From contig CAYGJL010000001.1 in assembly GCA_964350145.1 (NCBI GenBank), positions 25,209-89,208 of the forward strand: 64,000 nt of DNA, read 5' to 3'. The translations under genes and the position numbers were made by a program. This document shows, piece by piece, positions 26,612 to 35,195 of the stretch (the first letter of the stretch is position 1; every line of letters starts with the position of its first letter). This DNA comes from an uncultured Gemmatimonadaceae bacterium. Its GTDB lineage: Bacteria > Gemmatimonadota > Gemmatimonadetes > Gemmatimonadales > Gemmatimonadaceae. The notes below the pieces were generated by a model, which had not been told where the DNA came from, searched no databases, and saw only the letters and a list, made by a program, of their open reading frames with translations.

Positions 26612-27579
26612 GAGAGATTCGATACATGGAGGCGTTCCAGGAGGCGATGCACGCCGAAATGGCCAGAGATCCCAGCATCGTCGCCATGGGTGAGGATGTC
26701 CGGCTCGCCATGCGCGGCTTCATGAAGGGGATCCTCGACAGGTTCGGGCCCGAGCGCATCTACGACACGCCGATCTCCGAATCGGCGTTCACGGGACTCG
26801 CGACCGGCGCGGCGATGGCGGGCATGCGGCCGGTGATAGAGTACCAGATCAACACGTTGTTGTACGTCGCGTTCGACCAGTTGGTGAATCAGGCGCAGAA
26901 GCTCCGATACATGATGGGCGGGCAGGGCACCATCCCTGTCACGTACATCATTCCGTCGGGCGCCCGACGCGGTCTCGCCGGACAGCATTCCGATCATCCG
27001 TATCCGCTACTGATGCACATGGGGATGAAGGTCGTGATGCCGTCCACGCCATACGACGTGAAGGGACTGTTGAGCGCTGCGATCCGCGAGGATGACCCCG
27101 TCGCCTTCTTTGTGCCGGTCTCGCTGTTCGGAGTGAAGGGCCCTGTCCCCGAAGAGGAGTATCTCATCCCGCTTGGCCAGGCCGACGTGAAGCGTGAGGG
27201 GACCGACATTACGGTGATCGCCGTTGGCCCGCTGGTGTCCGATGCGCTCGCGTGCGCGGAGACTCTCGCCGCTGAGGGCGTTTCGCTGGAGGTCGTCGAT
27301 CCGAGATCGCTCCTCCCGCTCGACCGTGACACGATTCTCGGATCTGTCCGAAAGACCGGGCGTGTGGTGATATTCGACGACTCCAACAGAACGTGCGGCT
27401 TCGGAGCCGAGCTCGCCGCGATCATCGCGGAGGAGGCTTTCGACTCGCTAAAGGGCCCTGTCCGGCGCATTACGCGGGCGGACGTTCCCGTGCCGTTCAG
27501 CACGCCGATCGAGACCTACGTATTGCCCTCACGCGCACTGCTTCTCGACAGCTGCCGCGCACTGCTCGCCACAGTCTGA
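26602..27579 (+). CDS. ThDP-dependent 2-oxoacid dehydrogenase E1 component, beta subunit
   Basis: VAMGEDV, DTPISESAFTGLATGAAMAGMRPV, NQAQKLRYMMGG, and a C-terminal transketolase-C-like domain. Confidence 0.85.
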   Translation: MDMREIRYMEAFQEAMHAEMARDPSIVAMGEDVRLAMRGFMKGILDRFGPERIYDTPISESAFTGLATGAAMAGMRPVIEYQINTLLYVAFDQLVNQAQKLRYMMGGQGTIPVTYIIPSGARRGLAGQHSDHPYPLLMHMGMKVVMPSTPYDVKGLLSAAIREDDPVAFFVPVSLFGVKGPVPEEEYLIPLGQADVKREGTDITVIAVGPLVSDALACAETLAAEGVSLEVVDPRSLLPLDRDTILGSVRKTGRVVIFDDSNRTCGFGAELAAIIAEEAFDSLKGPVRRITRADVPVPFSTPIETYVLPSRALLLDSCRALLATV

Positions 27580-27815
27580 TGCTGCACGAAGTCCGCATTC
27601 CGAAGCTCGGGCTCGATACGCTCGAGTGCGACATACGGCAGTGGTTCGTCGCTGTAGGCGAGCGCGTGGAGAAGGGCGCGCCGCTTCTGGAGGTCGAGAC
27701 CGAGAAAGCGGTGATGCCGATCGAGGCCGAGGTGGCAGGCATCCTGCGCGAAGCGCGGGTCAAGCCGGGCGAGACCATTGACGTTGGCGCCGTGATCGGC
27801 CTGATCGAGGACTAG
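27579..27815 (+). CDS. Free-standing lipoyl (biotin/lipoyl attachment) domain protein, 78 aa
   Basis: ATG 27579 shares its A with the upstream TGA. IPKLG...EGAPLLEVETEKAVMPIEAEVAGIL carries the lipoyl-lysine context (E-T-E-K-A). No E2 catalytic domain follows. Confidence 0.75.
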   Translation: MLHEVRIPKLGLDTLECDIRQWFVAVGERVEKGAPLLEVETEKAVMPIEAEVAGILREARVKPGETIDVGAVIGLIED

Positions 27816-27872
27816 CTGACGCTGCTGTCCCGCGCGTGCGACTGGATCGAGCAGTCGTTCGCGACAATCGTC

Positions 27873-29111
27873 ATGACGCCGCACCCTGTCGCGGTGGGCA
27901 ACTGCGCCGAAGAGATTTACTTCGGGCTGCTGAAAGCGCGGCGGGAGCGAAAAAAGCTCGCGATACTGCTCCCGTTCGAGCTGTTTCGGCGGGGCGGCCC
28001 ACGGACGGCCAACGGAGTGGTGGCGGCGGTCGGCTCCGAATTCCGCGCCGTCTCCCCTCGCTCGCCTGCCGGGCTGCTCGGCAGGGCGGCTATCACGGCC
28101 TATTTCGGCTTCTTTCGCGTTCTCGGCTTTCTGCTCAGAAAGCTGTTCCGGCGCGAGCTTCCCGCGGTCTATCTCCACCCTGCCCTGGGGACGTACACGC
28201 TCTGGCAGCCGCGCGACGACATGTCCTTCTCCTGGGCGGTCGTTGACGAGTACCGGTGGCGGGAGCAGCTCGCGACGCCATTGCCGGTGTGGCTGGACGA
28301 CGCCGACGGGCAGGTGGCGCTCGGCCAGCTGGGTGCGCTCGGCCTTCCCGGGGACGCGTGGTGGGTGTGCCTGCACGTTCGCGAGGGCGGCTTCTGGGGA
28401 GACCAGTGCGTTGAGCGCAACGCCGACATCGCCAATTACATCGGGGCGATCGAGGAGATAACCAGCCGTGGCGGATGGGTCGTGCGAATGGGCGATTCGA
28501 CCATGAAACGGCTGCCGCCGATGGAGCGGGTGATAGACTATCCCTTCACGGGGGCCAAAAGCCCGCTGATGGACGTGTTTCTGATCAGCGGGTGCCGCAT
28601 GTACATCGGCATGTCTTCCGGCATCTACGAGATAGCGATTCTCTTTCAGCGACCCATAATTCTCACGAATATGTGGAGCTGGATATTTCCCTATCCCCAG
28701 AAGCCCGGCGATCTGAGTCTGCTCAAGCACGTGTATTCCAGGTCGCGCGGCAGATTCCTGTCGCTGAGCGAGTGGCTCGCCGAGCCCTTCGACTCCCACT
28801 TCTTCTACACGGTCGGCGAGGACTACGAGTATCACGAGAACGACAGCGACGAGCTCCGCGCGGTGGTAAGGGAATTTTTCGAGCGGCCCGATAACTGGCA
28901 GCCGACCGAGCTGCAGCGGGCGTTCAGCGAGGGGCGGCTCGTGCACGGACGCCGGCTGCTGGGGCAGGCCGAGCCGATCATCCCGAACAACGACTTCGCC
29001 GACTCGCACCAGCGCTACCGGCTGGCCTCGCGCTTGGAATCCTCAACCGGGTTCCTGGGCTCGGAGTTCGCTCGGCGCAACTGGGAGCGGGACGCGAGAA
29101 ATCCATCATGA
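27873..29111 (+). CDS. Orphan protein, possible glycosyltransferase-like enzyme
   Basis: 412-codon ORF between the lipoyl carrier and legB. N-terminus GNCAEEIYFGLLKARRERKKLAILLP. I loosely recall a similar N-terminus in an NCBIfam family annotated as a putative glycosyltransferase (TIGR04372). This is not verifiable here. Confidence 0.4.
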   Translation: MTPHPVAVGNCAEEIYFGLLKARRERKKLAILLPFELFRRGGPRTANGVVAAVGSEFRAVSPRSPAGLLGRAAITAYFGFFRVLGFLLRKLFRRELPAVYLHPALGTYTLWQPRDDMSFSWAVVDEYRWREQLATPLPVWLDDADGQVALGQLGALGLPGDAWWVCLHVREGGFWGDQCVERNADIANYIGAIEEITSRGGWVVRMGDSTMKRLPPMERVIDYPFTGAKSPLMDVFLISGCRMYIGMSSGIYEIAILFQRPIILTNMWSWIFPYPQKPGDLSLLKHVYSRSRGRFLSLSEWLAEPFDSHFFYTVGEDYEYHENDSDELRAVVREFFERPDNWQPTELQRAFSEGRLVHGRRLLGQAEPIIPNNDFADSHQRYRLASRLESSTGFLGSEFARRNWERDARNPS

Positions 29112-29124
29112 CATCACCAGCAAA

Positions 29125-30123
29125 GTGAAGAAAGTCCTGATCACCGGTGCCGATGGCTTCATCGGCTCGCATCTCACCGAGGCGGCGGTGCGCGCCGGGT
29201 TCGACGTGCGGGCCTTCGTCTTCTACAACTCCTTCAACTCGTGGGGCTGGCTGGATCGGTGCGCGCCCGACGTGAAGGGGAAGTTCGAGGTGTTCGCCGG
29301 CGACGTGCGCGATCCGAACGGGGTGCGGACCGCGATGAAGGACCGCGACGCGGTTCTGCATCTGGCGGCCATGATTGCTATTCCGTATTCGTACGACTCC
29401 CCTGACACGTACGTGGACACCAACGTCAAGGGCACGCTGAACATCGTACAGGCCGCGCGCGATCTCGGCATCGCGAAGGTCGTGCACACTTCGACCAGCG
29501 AGGTCTATGGCACGGCCCGCTTCGTCCCCATCACGGAGGAGCATCCGCTGCAGGGACAGTCGCCCTATTCGGCGACCAAGATCGGGGCCGACCAGCTGGC
29601 GATGTCCTTTCATTCATCGTTCGGGACGCCGGTCAGCATCGTGCGCCCGTTCAACACATACGGCCCGCGGCAGTCGGCCAGGGCGGTGATCCCGACGGTG
29701 ATCACGCAGATCGCCAGCGGGGAGCGCGCCATCCGGCTGGGCGACACGAGACCCACGCGGGATTTCAGCTTCGTGTCGGACACCGTGGCTGGTTTTCTTG
29801 CCGCGATGACATCCGAGCGGAGCGTGGGCGAGGTCATCAACCTCGGGAGCAACTTCGAGATATCCATCAGGGACGCCGCCGCAGCGATCGCCGACGTGAT
29901 GGGGGTGGAGATAGAGATTGTCACGGACCAGCAGCGCGTGCGTCCGGAGGCTAGCGAGGTGGAACGGCTGTACGCCTCGAACGAGAAGGCGCGCGATCTT
30001 CTGGGATGGTCTCCGCGCTACGGCGGCCTCGAGGGGTTCCTCCGGGGGATCGGGGAGACGGTGAACTGGTTCCGAGAGCCCGCCAACCTCGCGGCGTACA
30101 AGTCGGACATCTACAACCTGTAA
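29125..30123 (+). CDS. legB: NDP-GlcNAc 4,6-dehydratase of the legionaminic acid pathway (LegB-type extended SDR)
   Basis: KVLITGADGFIGSHL, FVFYNSFNSWGWLD (typical of the LegB-type family), TSTSEVYG, YSATKIGAD. First gene of a collinear leg set. Confidence 0.75.
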   Translation: MKKVLITGADGFIGSHLTEAAVRAGFDVRAFVFYNSFNSWGWLDRCAPDVKGKFEVFAGDVRDPNGVRTAMKDRDAVLHLAAMIAIPYSYDSPDTYVDTNVKGTLNIVQAARDLGIAKVVHTSTSEVYGTARFVPITEEHPLQGQSPYSATKIGADQLAMSFHSSFGTPVSIVRPFNTYGPRQSARAVIPTVITQIASGERAIRLGDTRPTRDFSFVSDTVAGFLAAMTSERSVGEVINLGSNFEISIRDAAAAIADVMGVEIEIVTDQQRVRPEASEVERLYASNEKARDLLGWSPRYGGLEGFLRGIGETVNWFREPANLAAYKSDIYNL

Positions 30124-30128
30124 CGCAC

Positions 30129-31310
30129 TTGCCCACCCGGACACCGCTCGCTGATCAGGTCGTCGCCGCCGTCGCGGCAGTCGTCGGAAAAGGTCCGGTC
30201 GCGCTGCACGAACCGCTCTTCGTCGGCAACGAGTGGAGCTATCTGAAAGAATGTTTGGACTCGACGTTCGTTTCCTCCGTCGGAAAGTTCGTAGACCGTT
30301 TCGAAGGTGATTTGGCCGCATTCACCGGCGCCGGGTACGCGGTCGCGGTTGTGAACGGCACCGCGGCGCTGCATATCGCGTTGAGCCTCGCCGGCGTACA
30401 GCGGGACGACGAAGTGCTCATCCCCTCGCTCACCTTCATCGCGACCGCGAACGCCGTGAAGTACTGCGGCGCTGTGCCGCACTTCGCCGAGAGCGAGGCG
30501 GCGACGCTTGGACTCGACCCGCGCGCCCTGCGCGAATACCTGACGGCCGCGGCCGAGCTGCGCGGCGGGGTGCTCGTGAACCGCGCTACGGGGCGCGTGA
30601 TCCGCGCACTGGTCCCGATGCACACCTTCGGACACCCGGTGGACATGGAGGGCACGCTGGCCGTTGCCCGGGATTTCAATCTCGCGCTCGTCGAGGACGC
30701 CGCCGAGTCGCTGGGCAGCACCATAGGCGGACGGCATGCCGGGACGTTCGGTCTCCTGAGCTCGCTCAGCTTCAACGGGAACAAGACCATCACTACCGGC
30801 GGCGGGGGAGCGATCCTCACCAACGACCCGACTCTCGCGAAACGCGCCAAGCACCTCACGACCACCGCGAAGGTGCCGCATCGCTGGGAGTACCGGCACG
30901 ACGAAGTCGGATACAATTACCGGCTGCCGAACCTCAACGCCGCGCTCGGGTGCGCGCAGCTGGAGCAGCTACCGCGCTTCGTCGAGGCGAAGCGAAAGCT
31001 GTTCGAGCTGTATCGCGATGCTTTCAGCGGCGTACGCGGCGCCCGCGTGTTCGCGGAGCCGGCTGGCTGCCGGAGCAACTATTGGCTGCAGACGCTGCTG
31101 CTGGACGAGTCCGCCGCGGGGGAACGCGACGCGGTGCTGGCTGCCACGAACGATGCGGGACTGATGACGCGTCCTCCGTGGACTCTGATGCACAGGCTCG
31201 AGCCTTACAAAGACTGCCCCCGGATGCCGTTGGCGGTTGCCGAATCGCTCGAGCGGCGTCTGCTCAACCTGCCAAGCAGCTCGCAGCTGGTGCTGAAGGA
31301 CGGACCGTGA
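30129..31310 (+). CDS. legC: Legionaminic acid pathway aminotransferase (LegC-type DegT family)
   Basis: HEPLFVGNEWSYLKECLDS, VVNGTAALHIAL, SFNGNKTITTGGGGAILTND (PLP lysine). Start inferred as TTG 30129, just after the legB stop. Confidence 0.75.
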   Translation: MPTRTPLADQVVAAVAAVVGKGPVALHEPLFVGNEWSYLKECLDSTFVSSVGKFVDRFEGDLAAFTGAGYAVAVVNGTAALHIALSLAGVQRDDEVLIPSLTFIATANAVKYCGAVPHFAESEAATLGLDPRALREYLTAAAELRGGVLVNRATGRVIRALVPMHTFGHPVDMEGTLAVARDFNLALVEDAAESLGSTIGGRHAGTFGLLSSLSFNGNKTITTGGGGAILTNDPTLAKRAKHLTTTAKVPHRWEYRHDEVGYNYRLPNLNAALGCAQLEQLPRFVEAKRKLFELYRDAFSGVRGARVFAEPAGCRSNYWLQTLLLDESAAGERDAVLAATNDAGLMTRPPWTLMHRLEPYKDCPRMPLAVAESLERRLLNLPSSSQLVLKDGP

Positions 31311-31939
31311 GCAAGGCCGGCCTGCTGCTGCTCGGGGCGGGCGGCCACGCCCGCGCGTGTATCGACGTCATCGAGCAGGAAGACCGGTTTACCGTAGCGG
31401 GTCTGGTCGGGCTGCCGGCAGAAAAGGGCACCGACGTGCTTGGCTATCCGGTGCTGGGCGCGGATGCGGACCTGCCCGAGCTCCTGGCCCAGTTCGAGCA
31501 CGCGCTGGTCACGGTAGGGCAGATCAAGACGCCTGAGCTGAGAATCCGGCTGTTCGGCATCGCCGAGGAGCACGGGCGCACGCTGCCCGCGGTGATATCG
31601 CCGTTGGCGTACGTCTCGCGCCACGCGCGAATCGGCGCCGGCACGGTGGTGCTGCATGGCGCGGTCGTGAATGCAGGCGCCAGCGTGGGGCGGAACTGCA
31701 TTGTGAACAGCCAGGTTCTGATCGAGCACGACGCCGAGATCGGGGATCACTGCCACATCGCCACGGCGGCGGCGGTCAACAGCGGCGTGCACGTCGGCGC
31801 GGGCACGTTCATCGGCAGTGGCACCTGCGTGCGACAGGCTATCCGCATCGGCGAGCGGTGCGTGATCGGCATGGGCCAGCGCGTTCTGGCGGATTGTGAG
31901 CCTGGTACGCGCATGCCACCCTGGTCGGGGCGCGTTTGA
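31307..31939 (+). CDS. legH: NeuD/PglD-family hexapeptide N-acetyltransferase (LegH-type)
   Basis: GTG 31307 (GTGA overlap). LLLLGAGGHARACIDVIE N-terminal Rossmann-like domain and left-handed beta-helix repeats IGAGTVVLHGAVVNAGASVGRNCIVNS. Confidence 0.7.
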   Translation: MSKAGLLLLGAGGHARACIDVIEQEDRFTVAGLVGLPAEKGTDVLGYPVLGADADLPELLAQFEHALVTVGQIKTPELRIRLFGIAEEHGRTLPAVISPLAYVSRHARIGAGTVVLHGAVVNAGASVGRNCIVNSQVLIEHDAEIGDHCHIATAAAVNSGVHVGAGTFIGSGTCVRQAIRIGERCVIGMGQRVLADCEPGTRMPPWSGRV

Positions 31940-32937
31940 AGACGCTGATCATCGCCGAGGCGGGCGTAAATCACAACGGCGATCTCGATCTCGCGCGCCG
32001 CCTGATCGACGTGGCTGCGGCGGCCGGGGCGGACGCGGTGAAATTCCAGACGTTCGTGGCCGACAGGCTCGTGACGGGGCACGCGGAGAAGGCGCAGTAC
32101 CAGAAGGACTCCGGGACCCCCGGCGAATCGCAGCGCGACATGATCCGCCGGCTGGAGCTCGATCGCGAAGCGCATGTGAGTCTCAAGGCGCACGCGATCT
32201 CGCGGAACATCGCCTTTCTCTCGACGGGCTTCGACGTGGAGAGCGTGGACATGCTGGTCGAGCTCGGAGTGTCGCTGCTCAAGGTTCCGTCGGGGGAGAT
32301 TGCCAACCTCCCTTACCTCCGACACGTGGGGCGGTTGGGCTTGCCGGTGATTCTTTCCACGGGCATGGCGACGATGGATGAGATCGGGGCCGCTCTGGAG
32401 ACTCTCGTCGGGGCCGGAGCGCGCCGGGACCGGATCACGGTCCTGCACTGCACGACGGAATACCCGACGCCGATGGATGACGTAAACCTCAAGGCTATGG
32501 TCGCCATCCGGGACGCATTCGGCGTGGACGTCGGCTACTCCGACCACACGATGGGTATCGAGGTCGCCATCGCCGCGGTGGCGCTCGGGGCTTCGGTGAT
32601 CGAAAAACACTTCACGCTCGACCGGAGTCTCCCTGGACCCGACCACAAGGCCAGCCTCGAGCCGGCGGAGCTCGAGTCGATGGTGCGGGCCATCCGGGGA
32701 ATCGAGCGCGCTCTTGGCGACGGCCTCAAGCGGCCGACGGCGGGCGAGGCGCGCAACAGGCTTGTCGCGCGCAAGTCTCTGGTCGCCCGCGTGCCTATTC
32801 GCGCGGGCGAGCAGTTTACAGAGGCGAACCTTGCTGTGAAGCGTCCGGGTAACGGGGTGTCCCCAATGCGGTGGGACGAGGTGTTGGGGCGGAAAGCGTC
32901 CCGTGACTTCGCGCCGGACGAGTTGATCGAGCTGTGA
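31936..32937 (+). CDS. legI: Legionaminic acid synthase (NeuB family), copy 2
   Basis: LIIAEAGVNHNGDLDLARRLID...DAVKFQ, C-terminal SAF domain. TTGA overlap with legH. Confidence 0.85.
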   Translation: MKTLIIAEAGVNHNGDLDLARRLIDVAAAAGADAVKFQTFVADRLVTGHAEKAQYQKDSGTPGESQRDMIRRLELDREAHVSLKAHAISRNIAFLSTGFDVESVDMLVELGVSLLKVPSGEIANLPYLRHVGRLGLPVILSTGMATMDEIGAALETLVGAGARRDRITVLHCTTEYPTPMDDVNLKAMVAIRDAFGVDVGYSDHTMGIEVAIAAVALGASVIEKHFTLDRSLPGPDHKASLEPAELESMVRAIRGIERALGDGLKRPTAGEARNRLVARKSLVARVPIRAGEQFTEANLAVKRPGNGVSPMRWDEVLGRKASRDFAPDELIEL

Positions 32938-34094
32938 CGCGAAAGATCTGCGTCGTCACCGGCACGCGCGCGGACTACGGTCTGCTGCGCCTCGTGATAC
33001 AGGGAATCCGCGACGCACCGGATCTGCGGCTCCAGCTGATCGTTACCGGCACGCACTTCTCGCCCGACTTCGGATCCACCTATCAGGAAATCGAAAGGGA
33101 CGGATTCGTCGCGGACGCCAAGGTGGACATGATGATCGGGGCGGACACGCCTGCTGGCGTGGCAAGGTCGATGGGCACGGGGCTGATCGGATTCGGCGAA
33201 GCGTTCGATCGCCTGCGGCCGGACGTGCTGGTGCTGCTGGGCGATCGGTTCGAGACACTTGCCGCCGGGGCGGCGGCTCTCGTCGCGCGAATTCCCATCG
33301 CGCACCTGCACGGAGGCGAGTCGAGCGAAGGCGCGTTCGACGAGGCTATCCGGCACGCGCTCACGAAGATGGCGCACCTGCACTTCGTCGCCGCCGAGCC
33401 TTATCGGCGGCGGGTGATTCAGTTAGGAGAAGATCCCGCTCGCGTGTTTCACGTTGGAGGCCTGGGCGTGGACGCCGTGAAGCGGCTAAAGCTGCTGGAT
33501 CGCGCCGCGCTCGAGGCCGCGCTCGACTTCCAACTGGGCCGCAGAAACCTCCTCGTTACCTTTCACCCGGTCACGCTGGAGCCGGCGACTTCAGCGTGTC
33601 ACATGGAAGAGCTGCTCGCCGCGCTCGTCGGGCTCGAAGACACGCATCTCATCTTCACCCTGCCTAATGCCGATACCGATCATCGCGTTCTCTTCAACAT
33701 GATCGAGCGATTCGTCGCGGAACGTGCCACAGCCCGCGCGTTCGCGTCGCTCGGACAGTTGCGGTACTTCTCCTGTGTGGCGCAGGTGGACGGTGTCGTC
33801 GGGAATTCGTCGAGCGGCATCACGGAGGTTCCGAGCTTCGGAAAGGGCACCGTGAATATCGGTGACCGGCAGCGAGGAAGGCTGAAGGCCGCTAGCGTGA
33901 TTGACTGCGAGCCGGACAGGGCCGCGATCTCCGCCGCTATTGCGCGGCTGTACTCGCCCGCGTTTCAGTCCACGGCGCTCGAGGCCCGCAATCCCTACGG
34001 CGACGGGGGCGCGAGCGAGGCGATCGTTCGCATTCTGGCGAGCTATCCGTTGGATGGTATCCTCAAGAAGTCCTTTTACGATCTTCCGCAGTAG
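32934..34094 (+). CDS. legG: Hydrolysing NDP-sugar 2-epimerase (NeuC/LegG family)
   Basis: KICVVTGTRADYGLLRLV, VLLGDRFE, AHLHGGE, GNSSSGITE. Confidence 0.8.
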   Translation: MTRKICVVTGTRADYGLLRLVIQGIRDAPDLRLQLIVTGTHFSPDFGSTYQEIERDGFVADAKVDMMIGADTPAGVARSMGTGLIGFGEAFDRLRPDVLVLLGDRFETLAAGAAALVARIPIAHLHGGESSEGAFDEAIRHALTKMAHLHFVAAEPYRRRVIQLGEDPARVFHVGGLGVDAVKRLKLLDRAALEAALDFQLGRRNLLVTFHPVTLEPATSACHMEELLAALVGLEDTHLIFTLPNADTDHRVLFNMIERFVAERATARAFASLGQLRYFSCVAQVDGVVGNSSSGITEVPSFGKGTVNIGDRQRGRLKAASVIDCEPDRAAISAAIARLYSPAFQSTALEARNPYGDGGASEAIVRILASYPLDGILKKSFYDLPQ

Positions 34095-34172
34095 CGAGAG
34101 TTCACACTGAAGACAGACATCGAGAGTGCGGCGACGGACCGGACTGCCCCGACAGAAGCCTGGCGGCAGGCG

Positions 34173-35195
34173 ATGCTCCCGACCGAGGGCACGGTGCAGG
34201 ATGCCATCCGCAGCCTGGACAAATCGGGATTGCAGATAGTTCTGGTCACCGCTGGCGACGAGCGTCTCGTCGGCACGCTCACGGACGGGGACATCAGGCG
34301 CGGTTTGTTGCGCGGCCTCGGCATGGGCGACTCGATCGGCGGAATCGTCAATCGTTCGCCGCTCGTCGTTCCGCCCGAGCTCGGGCGCGATGCGGTCATT
34401 CAGTTCATGCAGGCGAACAAGATTCACCAGTTGCCGATCGTGGGTCCGGATCGCCGCCTCGTCGGCCTGCATCTGTGGGACGAGCTGCTCGTGCCGAGCG
34501 AGCGTGGCAACCTCATGGTGATTCTTGCTGGCGGGAAGGGCTCGCGCCTGAGGCCCGCTACCGACAGCTGCCCCAAGCCGCTGCTGCACGTCGGCGGCAA
34601 GCCCATGCTCGAGCACATCATCGAGCGGGCGAAGGCCGAGGGGTTCCGCCGGTTCGTGATAGCGGTGCACTACCTCGGACACATGATCGAGGCGCATTTC
34701 GGCGACGGGAGCAATTGGGGAGTGGAGATAACGTACCTGCGTGAGGAGAGCCCGCTCGGCACGGCCGGCGCGATCGCCTTGCTGGATCCGCGCCCTACGG
34801 CCCCGTTTCTCGTGACGAATGGCGACGTTCTTACCGACATTCGGTACGGCGAGGTGCTGGATTTCCACTGGCGAAACGGCGCCGGCGCGACCATGGCAGT
34901 GCGACTGCATGAGTGGCAACATCCGTTCGGCGTGGTGCGGACGAACGGAGTGGACATTATCGGTTTCGAGGAGAAGCCGATTGCGAAAAGCCACATCAAC
35001 GCCGGGATCTACGTACTGGAGCCGATGGCGCTGGACGTGCTGCGGGCGGGCGAGCCGTGCGACATGCCGACACTCTTCTCCAGACTGAAGGAAAGATCCG
35101 CCCGTACGATCGTGTACCCGATGCACGAGCCATGGCTCGACGTAGGAAGAGCCAGTGATCTCGAGCAGGCGCAAGGGAATCATTCCGACCGCTGA
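34173..35195 (+). CDS. ptmE: CBS-pair + sugar-1-phosphate nucleotidyltransferase (PtmE-type, GDP-sugar forming)
   Basis: CBS region VQDAIRSLDKSGLQIVLV...GTLTDGDIRR. NTP-transferase motif MVILAGGKGSRLRPATDSCPKPLL. No ATG/GTG/TTG start upstream in frame back to the stop at 34092. Confidence 0.75.
   Translation: MLPTEGTVQDAIRSLDKSGLQIVLVTAGDERLVGTLTDGDIRRGLLRGLGMGDSIGGIVNRSPLVVPPELGRDAVIQFMQANKIHQLPIVGPDRRLVGLHLWDELLVPSERGNLMVILAGGKGSRLRPATDSCPKPLLHVGGKPMLEHIIERAKAEGFRRFVIAVHYLGHMIEAHFGDGSNWGVEITYLREESPLGTAGAIALLDPRPTAPFLVTNGDVLTDIRYGEVLDFHWRNGAGATMAVRLHEWQHPFGVVRTNGVDIIGFEEKPIAKSHINAGIYVLEPMALDVLRAGEPCDMPTLFSRLKERSARTIVYPMHEPWLDVGRASDLEQAQGNHSDR

Noticed and set aside
27516-29009. 497-aa minus-strand ORF opposite the lipoyl-domain gene and the orphan at 27873
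   Set aside because: It would interrupt a 64-kb co-directional operon. Arg/Pro/Gly-rich composition. It spans two + strand genes and an intergenic gap, which is characteristic of a shadow frame. Because the + strand orphan is itself unassigned this is slightly less certain, but the + strand product has a more protein-like composition (Trp/Tyr/Phe/Ile-rich blocks).
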